64,000 nt of DNA from Candidatus Multivorans sp. GTDB taxonomy: Bacteria; Acidobacteriota; Thermoanaerobaculia; Multivoradales; Multivoraceae. The notes under the pieces are model-generated. The model searched no databases and was not told the origin of the DNA. It worked only from the letters and a program-made list of their open reading frames with translations. The translations under genes were made by a program, and so were the position numbers. Below, piece by piece: positions 56,746-64,000 of the stretch (the first letter of the stretch is position 1; the number at the start of each line of letters is the position of its first letter). Location of the stretch: contig OZ251997.1 in assembly GCA_965247095.1 (NCBI GenBank), forward strand, positions 3,168,001-3,232,000, read 5' to 3'.

Positions 56746-57842
56746 GCCGCGCCCTGGAGCATCGTCATCATCCGTTCGCGGTGAATCGCCGGCGTCCCGA
56801 GCAGCACCTCGGAACTCTTCGCGCGTTTGAACCAGAGATGGGTGTCGTTCTCCCAGGTGAAGCCGATCCCTCCCCGCAACTGGATGCCGGCTCTCGCGGC
56901 GCTCATGTAGGCGTCGCCGGCCGCGGCCTTGGCCATGCTCGCGGCGTACGGCTCGCCTTCGCCCGCGTCCAGGCAGCGGGCGGAGTGGTAGGTGAGAGAA
57001 CGCGCCAGCTCGATCTCGAGGAGCAGGTCGGCGCAACGGTGCTTGAGCGCCTGGAAGGAGCCGATCGGCCGGCCGAATTGGAACCGCTCCTTCGTGTACG
57101 CCACGGTGGACTCGAAGAGTTGCTGCGCGCCGCCGATCATCTCGTGAGCCAGAGCGGAGCAGATGAGGTCCCAGATCCGGTTCAGGGAGTCCCCGCTCAC
57201 CCGGCCGATCTCCCGGCCAGGAACGTCGACGAATACGACCCGAGACAGCTTGCGCGTCGGGTCGACGACCTGGAGCGGCTCGATCTCGAGACCCGGCGCG
57301 CCGGACTCGACCGCGTAGAGCCCGAGCCCCGAACTCGTCCCGGCTATCACCAGGAGCAGGTCGGCGACGTGGGCGTCGACCACGATCGGCGCCGTCCCCG
57401 AAAGGTGGCCGCCGTCTGTGGCCCGGATCGAACCGCCGACGCCGGCCGGGCTATTCAGATCGTCGATGACCAGCGTCGCGATCACAGGGCCCGCGGCGAT
57501 ACCCGGGAGCAGCTCCGCCCGGGCGGACTCGTCCGCCGCCTCCAGCAGCGCGTTGCCGGCCATCACGACGGACGCGAAGAACGGCCCGCAGAACAGCGTG
57601 CGGCCCATCTCCTCGGCGACGATTCCGAGTTCGACCGGACCGCCGCCGGCGCCTTCGTACATCTCCGGAACGTGGACGCCTGTGAGGCCCGCGTCGCCGC
57701 AGAGTTCCTGCCACACCGCCAGGTCGTAGCCCCGGTCCGAGGCCATCAACTCGCGGACGGCGGTCGTCGGCGACCTGTCCCGCAATGCCCGTGACACGAC
57801 GTCGCGGAGAAGCTGCTGCTCCCTCGAAAACTCCGTCTGCAC
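56742..57842 (-). CDS. Acyl-CoA dehydrogenase, short partner subunit of a likely heteromeric pair
   Basis: DPTR, RFQFGRPIGSFQALKH, GGIGFTWE; ATGA coupling to the next ACAD. Confidence 0.9.
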   Translation of the reverse strand: MQTEFSREQQLLRDVVSRALRDRSPTTAVRELMASDRGYDLAVWQELCGDAGLTGVHVPEMYEGAGGGPVELGIVAEEMGRTLFCGPFFASVVMAGNALLEAADESARAELLPGIAAGPVIATLVIDDLNSPAGVGGSIRATDGGHLSGTAPIVVDAHVADLLLVIAGTSSGLGLYAVESGAPGLEIEPLQVVDPTRKLSRVVFVDVPGREIGRVSGDSLNRIWDLICSALAHEMIGGAQQLFESTVAYTKERFQFGRPIGSFQALKHRCADLLLEIELARSLTYHSARCLDAGEGEPYAASMAKAAAGDAYMSAARAGIQLRGGIGFTWENDTHLWFKRAKSSEVLLGTPAIHRERMMTMLQGAA

Positions 57843-58060
57843 GCTCAGGATCCCGGTCAGGGACCGGCGCTTGCCGCTCGGGTCGTAAGAGCAGCGAAAC
57901 GGCGGATCATGGTCGTCTCCTCTTCGGATAGCTCCATACCGGGCAGAGTAGCCGAAGCGTCATCGGCGCCGGAAGCTGTCGGGGATAGAGTCGGCGTCGG
58001 CTCAAGAGCCAACATCTTACTGAGTGATCAGCCACCATCTTGCTCGATCCAAGTCAGGCA

Positions 58061-58738
58061 ATGCCAGAGTCCAGCCGTTCGAATTCGGAAGCCCTGGGGC
58101 GCGACGCCCGGCGGCCCCGCCGCACCCAGGCTGAACGTCGGGCCGAATCCGAACGCGAGATCCTGCGAGCCGCCGCGGTTCTCTTCGGCCGCCAGGGTTA
58201 CACGGCGACCACACTGGAGCAGATCGGCAGGAAGGCGGGCTACTCGAGCGCCCTCGTGTCGCTGCGCTTCGGCTCCAAGGAGGGAATTGCCGAAGCGATC
58301 GTCACCCGCCTCCAGACCCACGCAGGCAGCGAGGCCTTCGAGCCGGAGGAGGGTGTAGCCGGTATCGCCAGCCTGAACCGTCTGTTCACCGACTACTCCG
58401 AACTGCTCCGCAATGCCGAGCAGTGGATGCGCGCCCTGTTCATGCTGATGACCGACTCCCTCGGGCCCCTGAACGGGAAGATCGACCTCTTTCGCGCCGG
58501 CAACGAGCGCTTCGCCGCCGCGATCGAACAGGCCGTCCGGGAAGGGCAGGAGGCCAGCGAGATCCGGGCCGACCTCGACCCTGCCGGGATCGCATTCGAG
58601 ATTCTCGCCTCGGTGAGGGGAACGACTCTCCTCTGGTTGCTCGAACCGAAGAAGGTCGACGTGGTGGAGTCGATAGAGAACCTCCGCGCCGGTGTCGAGG
58701 ATCGACTCTCGATCCAGGAGCGGCGGCCCCGGGTGTAG
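58061..58738 (+). CDS. TetR/AcrR family transcriptional regulator
   Basis: ILRAAAVLFGRQGYTATTLEQIGRKAGYS..FGSKE; divergent from the ACAD pair. Confidence 0.9.
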   Translation: MPESSRSNSEALGRDARRPRRTQAERRAESEREILRAAAVLFGRQGYTATTLEQIGRKAGYSSALVSLRFGSKEGIAEAIVTRLQTHAGSEAFEPEEGVAGIASLNRLFTDYSELLRNAEQWMRALFMLMTDSLGPLNGKIDLFRAGNERFAAAIEQAVREGQEASEIRADLDPAGIAFEILASVRGTTLLWLLEPKKVDVVESIENLRAGVEDRLSIQERRPRV

Positions 58739-58817
58739 CGTCGCCAGACTCCAACGGAAAGAACTGCTCCCCAAGCCGGTTGCTACGAACGGCGAAACGC
58801 CGCGAAAGGAACACGGT

Positions 58818-60455
58818 ATGCCCCCGAAACCCGAACACACGCAGGCTGTCCAGGTCGCCACCTGGAGCGAACTCGAGGACCGGCAACCCGCCTATGCCCT
58901 GGTGGCGAACGTGGACCTGGTGGTGATCCGGTACGGCGATCAGGTGTCCGTGCTCTACGGCCGGTGCCTTCACCGGGGAGCGTTGCTCTCGGACGGCCAC
59001 ATCCGCGGCGACGACCTGGTCTGCGGCGTCCACAACTGGGACTACCGCTACGACACCGGGGTCAGCTCCTACAACCCGGAGGAGGTCCTGCAGAAGTTCT
59101 CGGCATGCGTCAACACCCACGCCGACGCGGTCTTCGTCGACGAGGCCGAGGTGGCGGCGTGGCACGCCAAATTCCCCCAGCCTTACCAGCGCGACGAGTA
59201 CCTCGGTCTCTACGCCGACGTCCACGGCACGCCTGAGGAGCCGCACAACCGCTACATCCAGGAGTTGGCCAGAAACGGGCTGAAGAACGTCGGCCACCAC
59301 GGGCAGGTCTCGGCCATGGGCGTGCCGCTGACGGAGCTTCCCCGCTGGAACGACATCCAGCTACTGACCGCTCAACTGGCCCGCCGGCCGCTGGCCGACG
59401 ACGATCCGGTGGACACCGAACTGGTCATCGGCCCCCGGGCCCAGAAGCCCTTGCGCCTCCGCATCCCCCTCTTCGTCAGCGACATGAGCTTCGGAGCGCT
59501 GAGCGAGGAGGCCAAGATCGCTCTGGCAAAGGGCGCCGAGATGGCGGGCACCGGCATCTGCTCGGGCGAAGGCGGCATGCTGCCGGAAGAGCAGGAGAGC
59601 AACACCCGCTACTTCTATGAACTCGCCTCCGGCCGGTTCGGTTGGTCGATCGACAAGGTGGCCCGAGTGCAGGCCTTTCACTTCAAGGGCGGACAGGGCG
59701 CCAAGACGGGCACCGGCGGCCACCTCCCTGGCGCCAAGGTAACCGGCAGGATCGCCGAGGTGCGCGGCCTCGAGCCGGGAACCGCGGCGATCAGTCCATC
59801 GCGGTTCCCCGACCTGGTCTCGCCGGAGGACTTCCGCGAGGTGGCCGCCCAGGTCCGTGAGCGAACCGGCGGCATCCCGATCGGTTTCAAGATGTCGGCC
59901 CAGCACATCGAGGACGACATCGACTTCGCTCTGGAGGTCGGGGTCGACTACATCATCCTGGACGGGCGCGGCGGCGCCACAGGAGCGGCGCCGAACATCT
60001 TCAAGGACAACATCTCGGTGCCGACCATCCCGGCCCTGGCCCGCGCACGCCGTCATCTCGACGCGCGTTGCAAGAGCGGCGACGTGACCCTGATCGTCAC
60101 CGGGGGGCTCCGTACGGAGGCCGACTTCGTCAAGGCCCTGGCGCTCGGCGCCGACGGCGTCGCCGTCGCCAACTCGGCCATTCAGGCGATCGGCTGTCTG
60201 GGCATGCGCGCCTGCCACACGAACAACTGCCCCGTCGGCATCGCGACGCAAAGGCCGAACCTGCGCGCCCGGCTGCGAATCGGCTCGTCAGCCCGTCAAC
60301 TGGCCAACTACCTCGAAGCCACGGTCGACCTGATGAAGGTCCTGGCACGAGCCTGCGGCCACGACGATCTTCGCCGGTTCGGCACAGGCGACCTCGTCAC
60401 CTGGAAGCGCGACATGGCGGACCTGGCAGGTGTCCCCTACGCCGGCGTCGGGTGA
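58818..60455 (+). CDS. FMN-binding glutamate synthase family protein with N-terminal Rieske [2Fe-2S] domain
   Basis: CLH..CGVH Rieske ligands; MSFGALS, SGEGG, GQGAKTGTGG, DGRGG, CLGMRACHTNNCPVGIATQ. Confidence 0.9.
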   Translation: MPPKPEHTQAVQVATWSELEDRQPAYALVANVDLVVIRYGDQVSVLYGRCLHRGALLSDGHIRGDDLVCGVHNWDYRYDTGVSSYNPEEVLQKFSACVNTHADAVFVDEAEVAAWHAKFPQPYQRDEYLGLYADVHGTPEEPHNRYIQELARNGLKNVGHHGQVSAMGVPLTELPRWNDIQLLTAQLARRPLADDDPVDTELVIGPRAQKPLRLRIPLFVSDMSFGALSEEAKIALAKGAEMAGTGICSGEGGMLPEEQESNTRYFYELASGRFGWSIDKVARVQAFHFKGGQGAKTGTGGHLPGAKVTGRIAEVRGLEPGTAAISPSRFPDLVSPEDFREVAAQVRERTGGIPIGFKMSAQHIEDDIDFALEVGVDYIILDGRGGATGAAPNIFKDNISVPTIPALARARRHLDARCKSGDVTLIVTGGLRTEADFVKALALGADGVAVANSAIQAIGCLGMRACHTNNCPVGIATQRPNLRARLRIGSSARQLANYLEATVDLMKVLARACGHDDLRRFGTGDLVTWKRDMADLAGVPYAGVG

Positions 60456-60460
60456 GGGGA

Positions 60461-60537
60461 TGGCGCACCCTGGAGGATTCGAACCCCCAACCTTCGGATC
60501 CGTAGTCCGACGCTCTATCCAGTTGAGCTAAGGGTGC
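60461..60537 (-). tRNA. tRNA-Arg(ACG)
   Basis: GCACCCTTAGCTCAACTGGATAGAGCGTCGGACT-ACG-GATCCGAAGGTTGGGGGTTCGAATCCTCCAGGGTGCGCCA. Confidence 0.97.
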
Positions 60538-60656
60538 ACTGATCCGCGGCTCCGCGGGAAGTGCGGAACCCTAACAGCTTGTGCTGGGGAAGGGGACCCC
60601 TCGCGGCTCGAAGCCAGCTACAGCCGACCCCCTCGGCAACGCCGTCCAGCCCAGTC

Positions 60657-60818
60657 GGGGTTAGGAGGGGTGAGCTCCCAGGTGCCTCTGAACGAGCGAC
60701 GCCCGGCGACCTCCCAGAAACCGACGCCCAACCGGAGCGAGTGAAGCGGAGTGAGCGCAACCCCCTCCCATCTCCTCTCAAGCGCTCACGTCACCTGGGA
60801 GCTGACCCCTCCTGCCCC
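60657..60818. repeat. Long inverted repeat (~27-bp arms) with an internal hairpin
   Basis: GGGGTTAGGAGGGGTGAGCTCCCAGGTG (60657-60684) versus CACCTGGGAGCTGACCCCTCCTGCCCC (60792-60818). Confidence 0.7.
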
Positions 60819-60837
60819 AAGACGGGCGGGTGCGGCG

Positions 60838-61797
60838 CTAGCCGCCCAGATCGATGAAGCGGTCGCACTGGCCGCGCACCTGCGCATTGGCGTCCGCTCC
60901 GCCGAGGCCGATTACCGTCACGCCGTTCTGCTGCAGCTTGGCCACCAGGGGCAGCATCTGCACCGATGACGCCACCAGCACCATCGTGTTGACACCGGGC
61001 TTCGTGTAGCAGAGCTCGAGAGCATCCACCACGATCCGCACTGCGGCGGAACAACCGCGCTCCTCCATGTTCGACGGCACGTCGACGACTTCGACGCTTC
61101 CGCGGTGAAGCGCGGCGCGATCCAGGTCGTCGTCCCGGGCGTCCGCGTAGACACGGCGCAGGACGAGCTTCCCGAGCTCCCCATCGAGGCGCGCAAACAG
61201 CCCCTCCGGATCAAGCCCGGAGGTTGCTTCCAGGCCGCGTTTCAGAGCGCCCAGATCGAGCAGCACGGCTGCCCGTCCAGCCGCCGACGGCGACGCCGAG
61301 GGCGGCCCGGCAGGCGCGGCTCGAGTTTCCTTCGCCGCGCTCGACTCGCCGTCACTCTGCGCCGCCCGACCGCGACCGCCACGCCGACCGCCACGCCGAC
61401 GGCGGCGGCGTCTGGCCGGCGCCGGCTCGTCCTTGGGAGTTGGGCTGGCCGGCTGCGCCGGTTCCGTCGCCGCCTCGAGGGCCGGCGAAACACTCGCTTC
61501 ACCAGCGTCTTCGCCGTCAGCCACATCCGTCACCGGCGCCACGTCCTCTTCAGCGGCCGCATTGGGGCCGGCTTCCGGCGCGTCAACGCCTGCTTCCGCA
61601 TCCCCGGCCGGCCGCTCGGCATCGACCAGCAGAGACGATGAATCGGCGGCCGGTGCGGTCTCCTCCGCGGTGGGTGCTTCAACCTCTTCGACAGCCGCCT
61701 GAGCCTCCGGCTCGCCCGCGTCCGCGGCAGCGGCACTCTCCGACGCCGCCCGGGCAGGGCCATCTTCCGCTACCTGTCTCCGCCACCATGGATTCAC
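60838..61797 (-). CDS. NYN (LabA/DUF88)-like domain protein with long disordered N-terminus
   Basis: AVLLD, RRVYAD, IVVDALELCYTK, PLVAKLQQNGVTVIGLG, CDRFID; GTG start after a GGAG RBS. Confidence 0.72.
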   Translation of the reverse strand: MNPWWRRQVAEDGPARAASESAAAADAGEPEAQAAVEEVEAPTAEETAPAADSSSLLVDAERPAGDAEAGVDAPEAGPNAAAEEDVAPVTDVADGEDAGEASVSPALEAATEPAQPASPTPKDEPAPARRRRRRRGGRRGGRGRAAQSDGESSAAKETRAAPAGPPSASPSAAGRAAVLLDLGALKRGLEATSGLDPEGLFARLDGELGKLVLRRVYADARDDDLDRAALHRGSVEVVDVPSNMEERGCSAAVRIVVDALELCYTKPGVNTMVLVASSVQMLPLVAKLQQNGVTVIGLGGADANAQVRGQCDRFIDLGG

Positions 61798-61900
61798 TTC
61801 GCTCTCCCCCTCTTGAAAATCCTCTTGCTGTCGCTTCGGGCCCGACGAACCCGCCGCCCCGACGGTCCCCCGCGCCGACGGGGATTGTATAGTCCGCGCA

Positions 61901-62551
61901 GTGCCCGTTGACGCGCTTCCGTACCGGTACCTGGCCGTCGACGGACCAATCGGCGTAGGCAAAACGACTCTCGTCGAGATGCTCGCGCAGCACTTCGAGG
62001 GCGTGAAGGTCCTCGAGGACGTGGACAACCCCTTTCTCGAGGCCTTCTACCATGACCGGCCAGGGACCGCGTTCCAGACCGAGCTCTACTTCCTGCTGAC
62101 CCGCTACAAGCAGCAACTGGCGCTGGCCCAGGGCGATCTCTTCGATCCCATCCGACTCGCCGACTACACTTTCGCCAAGAGCAGGCTGTTCGCCTATCTC
62201 AACCTGGTCGACGACGAGTTGATGCTGTTCGAGAAGCTCTACGACCTGCTAGAGCCACAGCTACGCGGACCGGACCTGCAGATCTTTCTGACCGCCGACG
62301 TGGAGACCTGCATGGCGCGCATTCACAAGCGCTCGCGCGACATCGAGCAGAACATCTCCGCCGACTACCTGGCGCAGTTGATCGAGGCCTACAACCACTA
62401 CTACTACCACTACGATCAGTCGCCGCTTCTGGTGGTGGACAGCCGCAACCTCGACTTCGAACACAGGCCCGCGGACTTCGAGGAACTGCTACACCACATC
62501 ACCCGACCGATCCGGGGCACCCAGTACGTGGTCCCCGCGCAGAGCACCTGA
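61901..62551 (+). CDS. Deoxynucleoside kinase
   Basis: [36 protein letters not shown]. Confidence 0.92.
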   Translation: MPVDALPYRYLAVDGPIGVGKTTLVEMLAQHFEGVKVLEDVDNPFLEAFYHDRPGTAFQTELYFLLTRYKQQLALAQGDLFDPIRLADYTFAKSRLFAYLNLVDDELMLFEKLYDLLEPQLRGPDLQIFLTADVETCMARIHKRSRDIEQNISADYLAQLIEAYNHYYYHYDQSPLLVVDSRNLDFEHRPADFEELLHHITRPIRGTQYVVPAQST

Positions 62552-62565
62552 GAGGCTACGCCGCC

Positions 62566-63345
62566 ATGACGAAACCGGAGCCTCTTGTTGTCGCTGGCCA
62601 CGAGTTCAGCTCGCGACTCATCCTTGGAACGGGCAAGTACCGCGACGAGCAGTTGATGGTCGACGCGTTCGCCGCCTCGGGCACCGAAATGGTCACCGTG
62701 GCGCTGCGCCGGGTGAACCTCGACGACCTGGGAAAGGGCTCCCTGATCGACCACATCGACCAGGAGCGCTACCTGCTGCTGCCCAACACGGCCGCCTGCT
62801 ACACCGCGGACGACGCGATCCGCACCGCCCGTCTGGCGCGCGAGCTGGGCGGCTGGAACTGGGTCAAGCTGGAGGTCATCGGTGACGAGAAGACCCTCTT
62901 CCCGGACAACGAAGAGCTGCTCGTGGCGACCCGGGAACTCGTTGGCGATGGCTTCATCGTCCTCCCCTACACGACCGACGATCCGATCACCTGCCGCAAG
63001 CTCGAGGATCTCGGCGCCGCGGCCGTCATGCCGCTCGCCGCGCCGATCGGCTCCGGCATGGGCATCCGCAATCCCGCCAATCTCCGGATCATCGTCGAGC
63101 AGGCCAACGTGCCGGTGATCGTGGACGCCGGCGTCGGCACCGCCAGCGACGCCGCTCTGGCCATGGAACTCGGCGCGGACGGCGTGCTGATGAACACCGG
63201 CATCGCCGGCGCCGAGGATCCCGTGCGGATGGCGCGGGCGATGAAACTGGCGGTCGAAGCCGGCTGGCTCGCCGCCAACGCGGGTCGGATCCCCAGGAAG
63301 CTGTATGCGACTGCGTCGTCGCCGCTTGATCAGTTGATCGACTAA
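62566..63345 (+). CDS. thiG: Thiazole synthase
   Basis: [36 protein letters not shown]. Confidence 0.98.
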   Translation: MTKPEPLVVAGHEFSSRLILGTGKYRDEQLMVDAFAASGTEMVTVALRRVNLDDLGKGSLIDHIDQERYLLLPNTAACYTADDAIRTARLARELGGWNWVKLEVIGDEKTLFPDNEELLVATRELVGDGFIVLPYTTDDPITCRKLEDLGAAAVMPLAAPIGSGMGIRNPANLRIIVEQANVPVIVDAGVGTASDAALAMELGADGVLMNTGIAGAEDPVRMARAMKLAVEAGWLAANAGRIPRKLYATASSPLDQLID

Positions 63346-63357
63346 CGCCGCTCGGCG

Positions 63358-64000
63358 CTACGCGGCGCTCGGCGCAAACGGGATCCGGCTTTCGGCATCG
63401 GCAGAGCGTGGATCGTCGGCGTCGCCCCTGCGAAGGCGCAGCAGGCCGGCGTGCGCGATCATCGCCGCGTTGTCGCCGCTGAAGCGGAGCGGCACGAGCA
63501 GCACCTCGACGCCGCGGCGTTCACCCCAGGCCGTCACCTCCCGCCGCAGCAGACGGTTCGCCGCCACGCCGCCCGATACCGAGAGGCGCGCCACGGGTCG
63601 CTCGGCACAGAGGCGATCCAGACGGTTGATGAGCTGGCTCACCGCGGCGCGCCGGAAGCCCGCCAGCAGGTCGAGTACATCCTGGGGCCAGGCCGTGTCG
63701 TCACCTCCGAGCGCCGCCGGCGGTATCTCGGCCCGGGTCTCGATCTCCGCCAGCGCCCGCAGAGCCTGACTCTTCAGGCCCGAGTACGAGAAGGCCAGCT
63801 CGTTCGAGCTGATCCTGGCAGTGCCGAACCGCCGCGCGGACGGATCGCCCAGCTCGGCCAGCCGGTCGACTTCGGCGCCGCCGGGAAAGGGCAGCCCGAG
63901 CCGGCGGCCGACCTTGTCGAACGCTTCCCCGACCGCGTCGTCGCGGGTCTCGGCAAGGCTCGTCACGGCGCCCGTCCGGCCGTCGACCTCGAGCAGGCTG
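63358..64000 (-). CDS. tsaD: tRNA N6-adenosine threonylcarbamoyltransferase, C-terminal part (start outside window)
   Basis: ETRDDAVGEAFDKV, FSYSGLKS, GGVAAN, DNAAMIA. Confidence 0.95.
   Translation of the reverse strand, partial: SLLEVDGRTGAVTSLAETRDDAVGEAFDKVGRRLGLPFPGGAEVDRLAELGDPSARRFGTARISSNELAFSYSGLKSQALRALAEIETRAEIPPAALGGDDTAWPQDVLDLLAGFRRAAVSQLINRLDRLCAERPVARLSVSGGVAANRLLRREVTAWGERRGVEVLLVPLRFSGDNAAMIAHAGLLRLRRGDADDPRSADAESRIPFAPSAA

Noticed and set aside
60461-60537. tRNA-Arg as integration site of the accessory region
   Set aside because: No integrase and no duplicated tRNA 3' end found in the window
60556-60720. Resemblance to 6S RNA, SRP RNA or HEARO/omega RNA
   Set aside because: No convincing conserved motifs by eye and no IscB/IsrB gene; better explained by the inverted repeat, pending an Rfam scan

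Overview
GC-rich (roughly 68% by eye) bacterial chromosome segment. The gene content suggests Acidobacteriota, possibly a host-associated lineage; this is inference. Housekeeping blocks sit at both ends: cdaA'-ftsH-tilS-tRNA-Met, ArsR, ECF sigma, rpmG, tRNA-Asp/Val, sodA, S41 protease and tatA/B-tatC on the left; tRNA-Arg, NYN-like protein, deoxynucleoside kinase, thiG and 'tsaD on the right. Between them is a ~50 kb accessory region with two tandem ISNCY/IS5-like elements, an IS630, six toxin-antitoxin loci, a CzcCBA-like efflux operon preceded by a His-rich RGPP-motif ORF, hydrolases and oxidoreductases, and a decayed type ISP restriction-modification gene. The most notable signals are: (1) a modular REP-like palindromic repeat family (10 copies plus a partial one) whose 69-nt internal module sits in frame inside a prolyl oligopeptidase gene, with a second, unrelated 105-nt hairpin element in frame inside a VOC gene, resembling Rickettsia palindromic elements; (2) several genes collapsed by multiple internal deletions into short skeletons; (3) a candidate metal-sensing ribosome-arrest leader peptide. 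All calls come from motif recognition by eye; no database searches were run.
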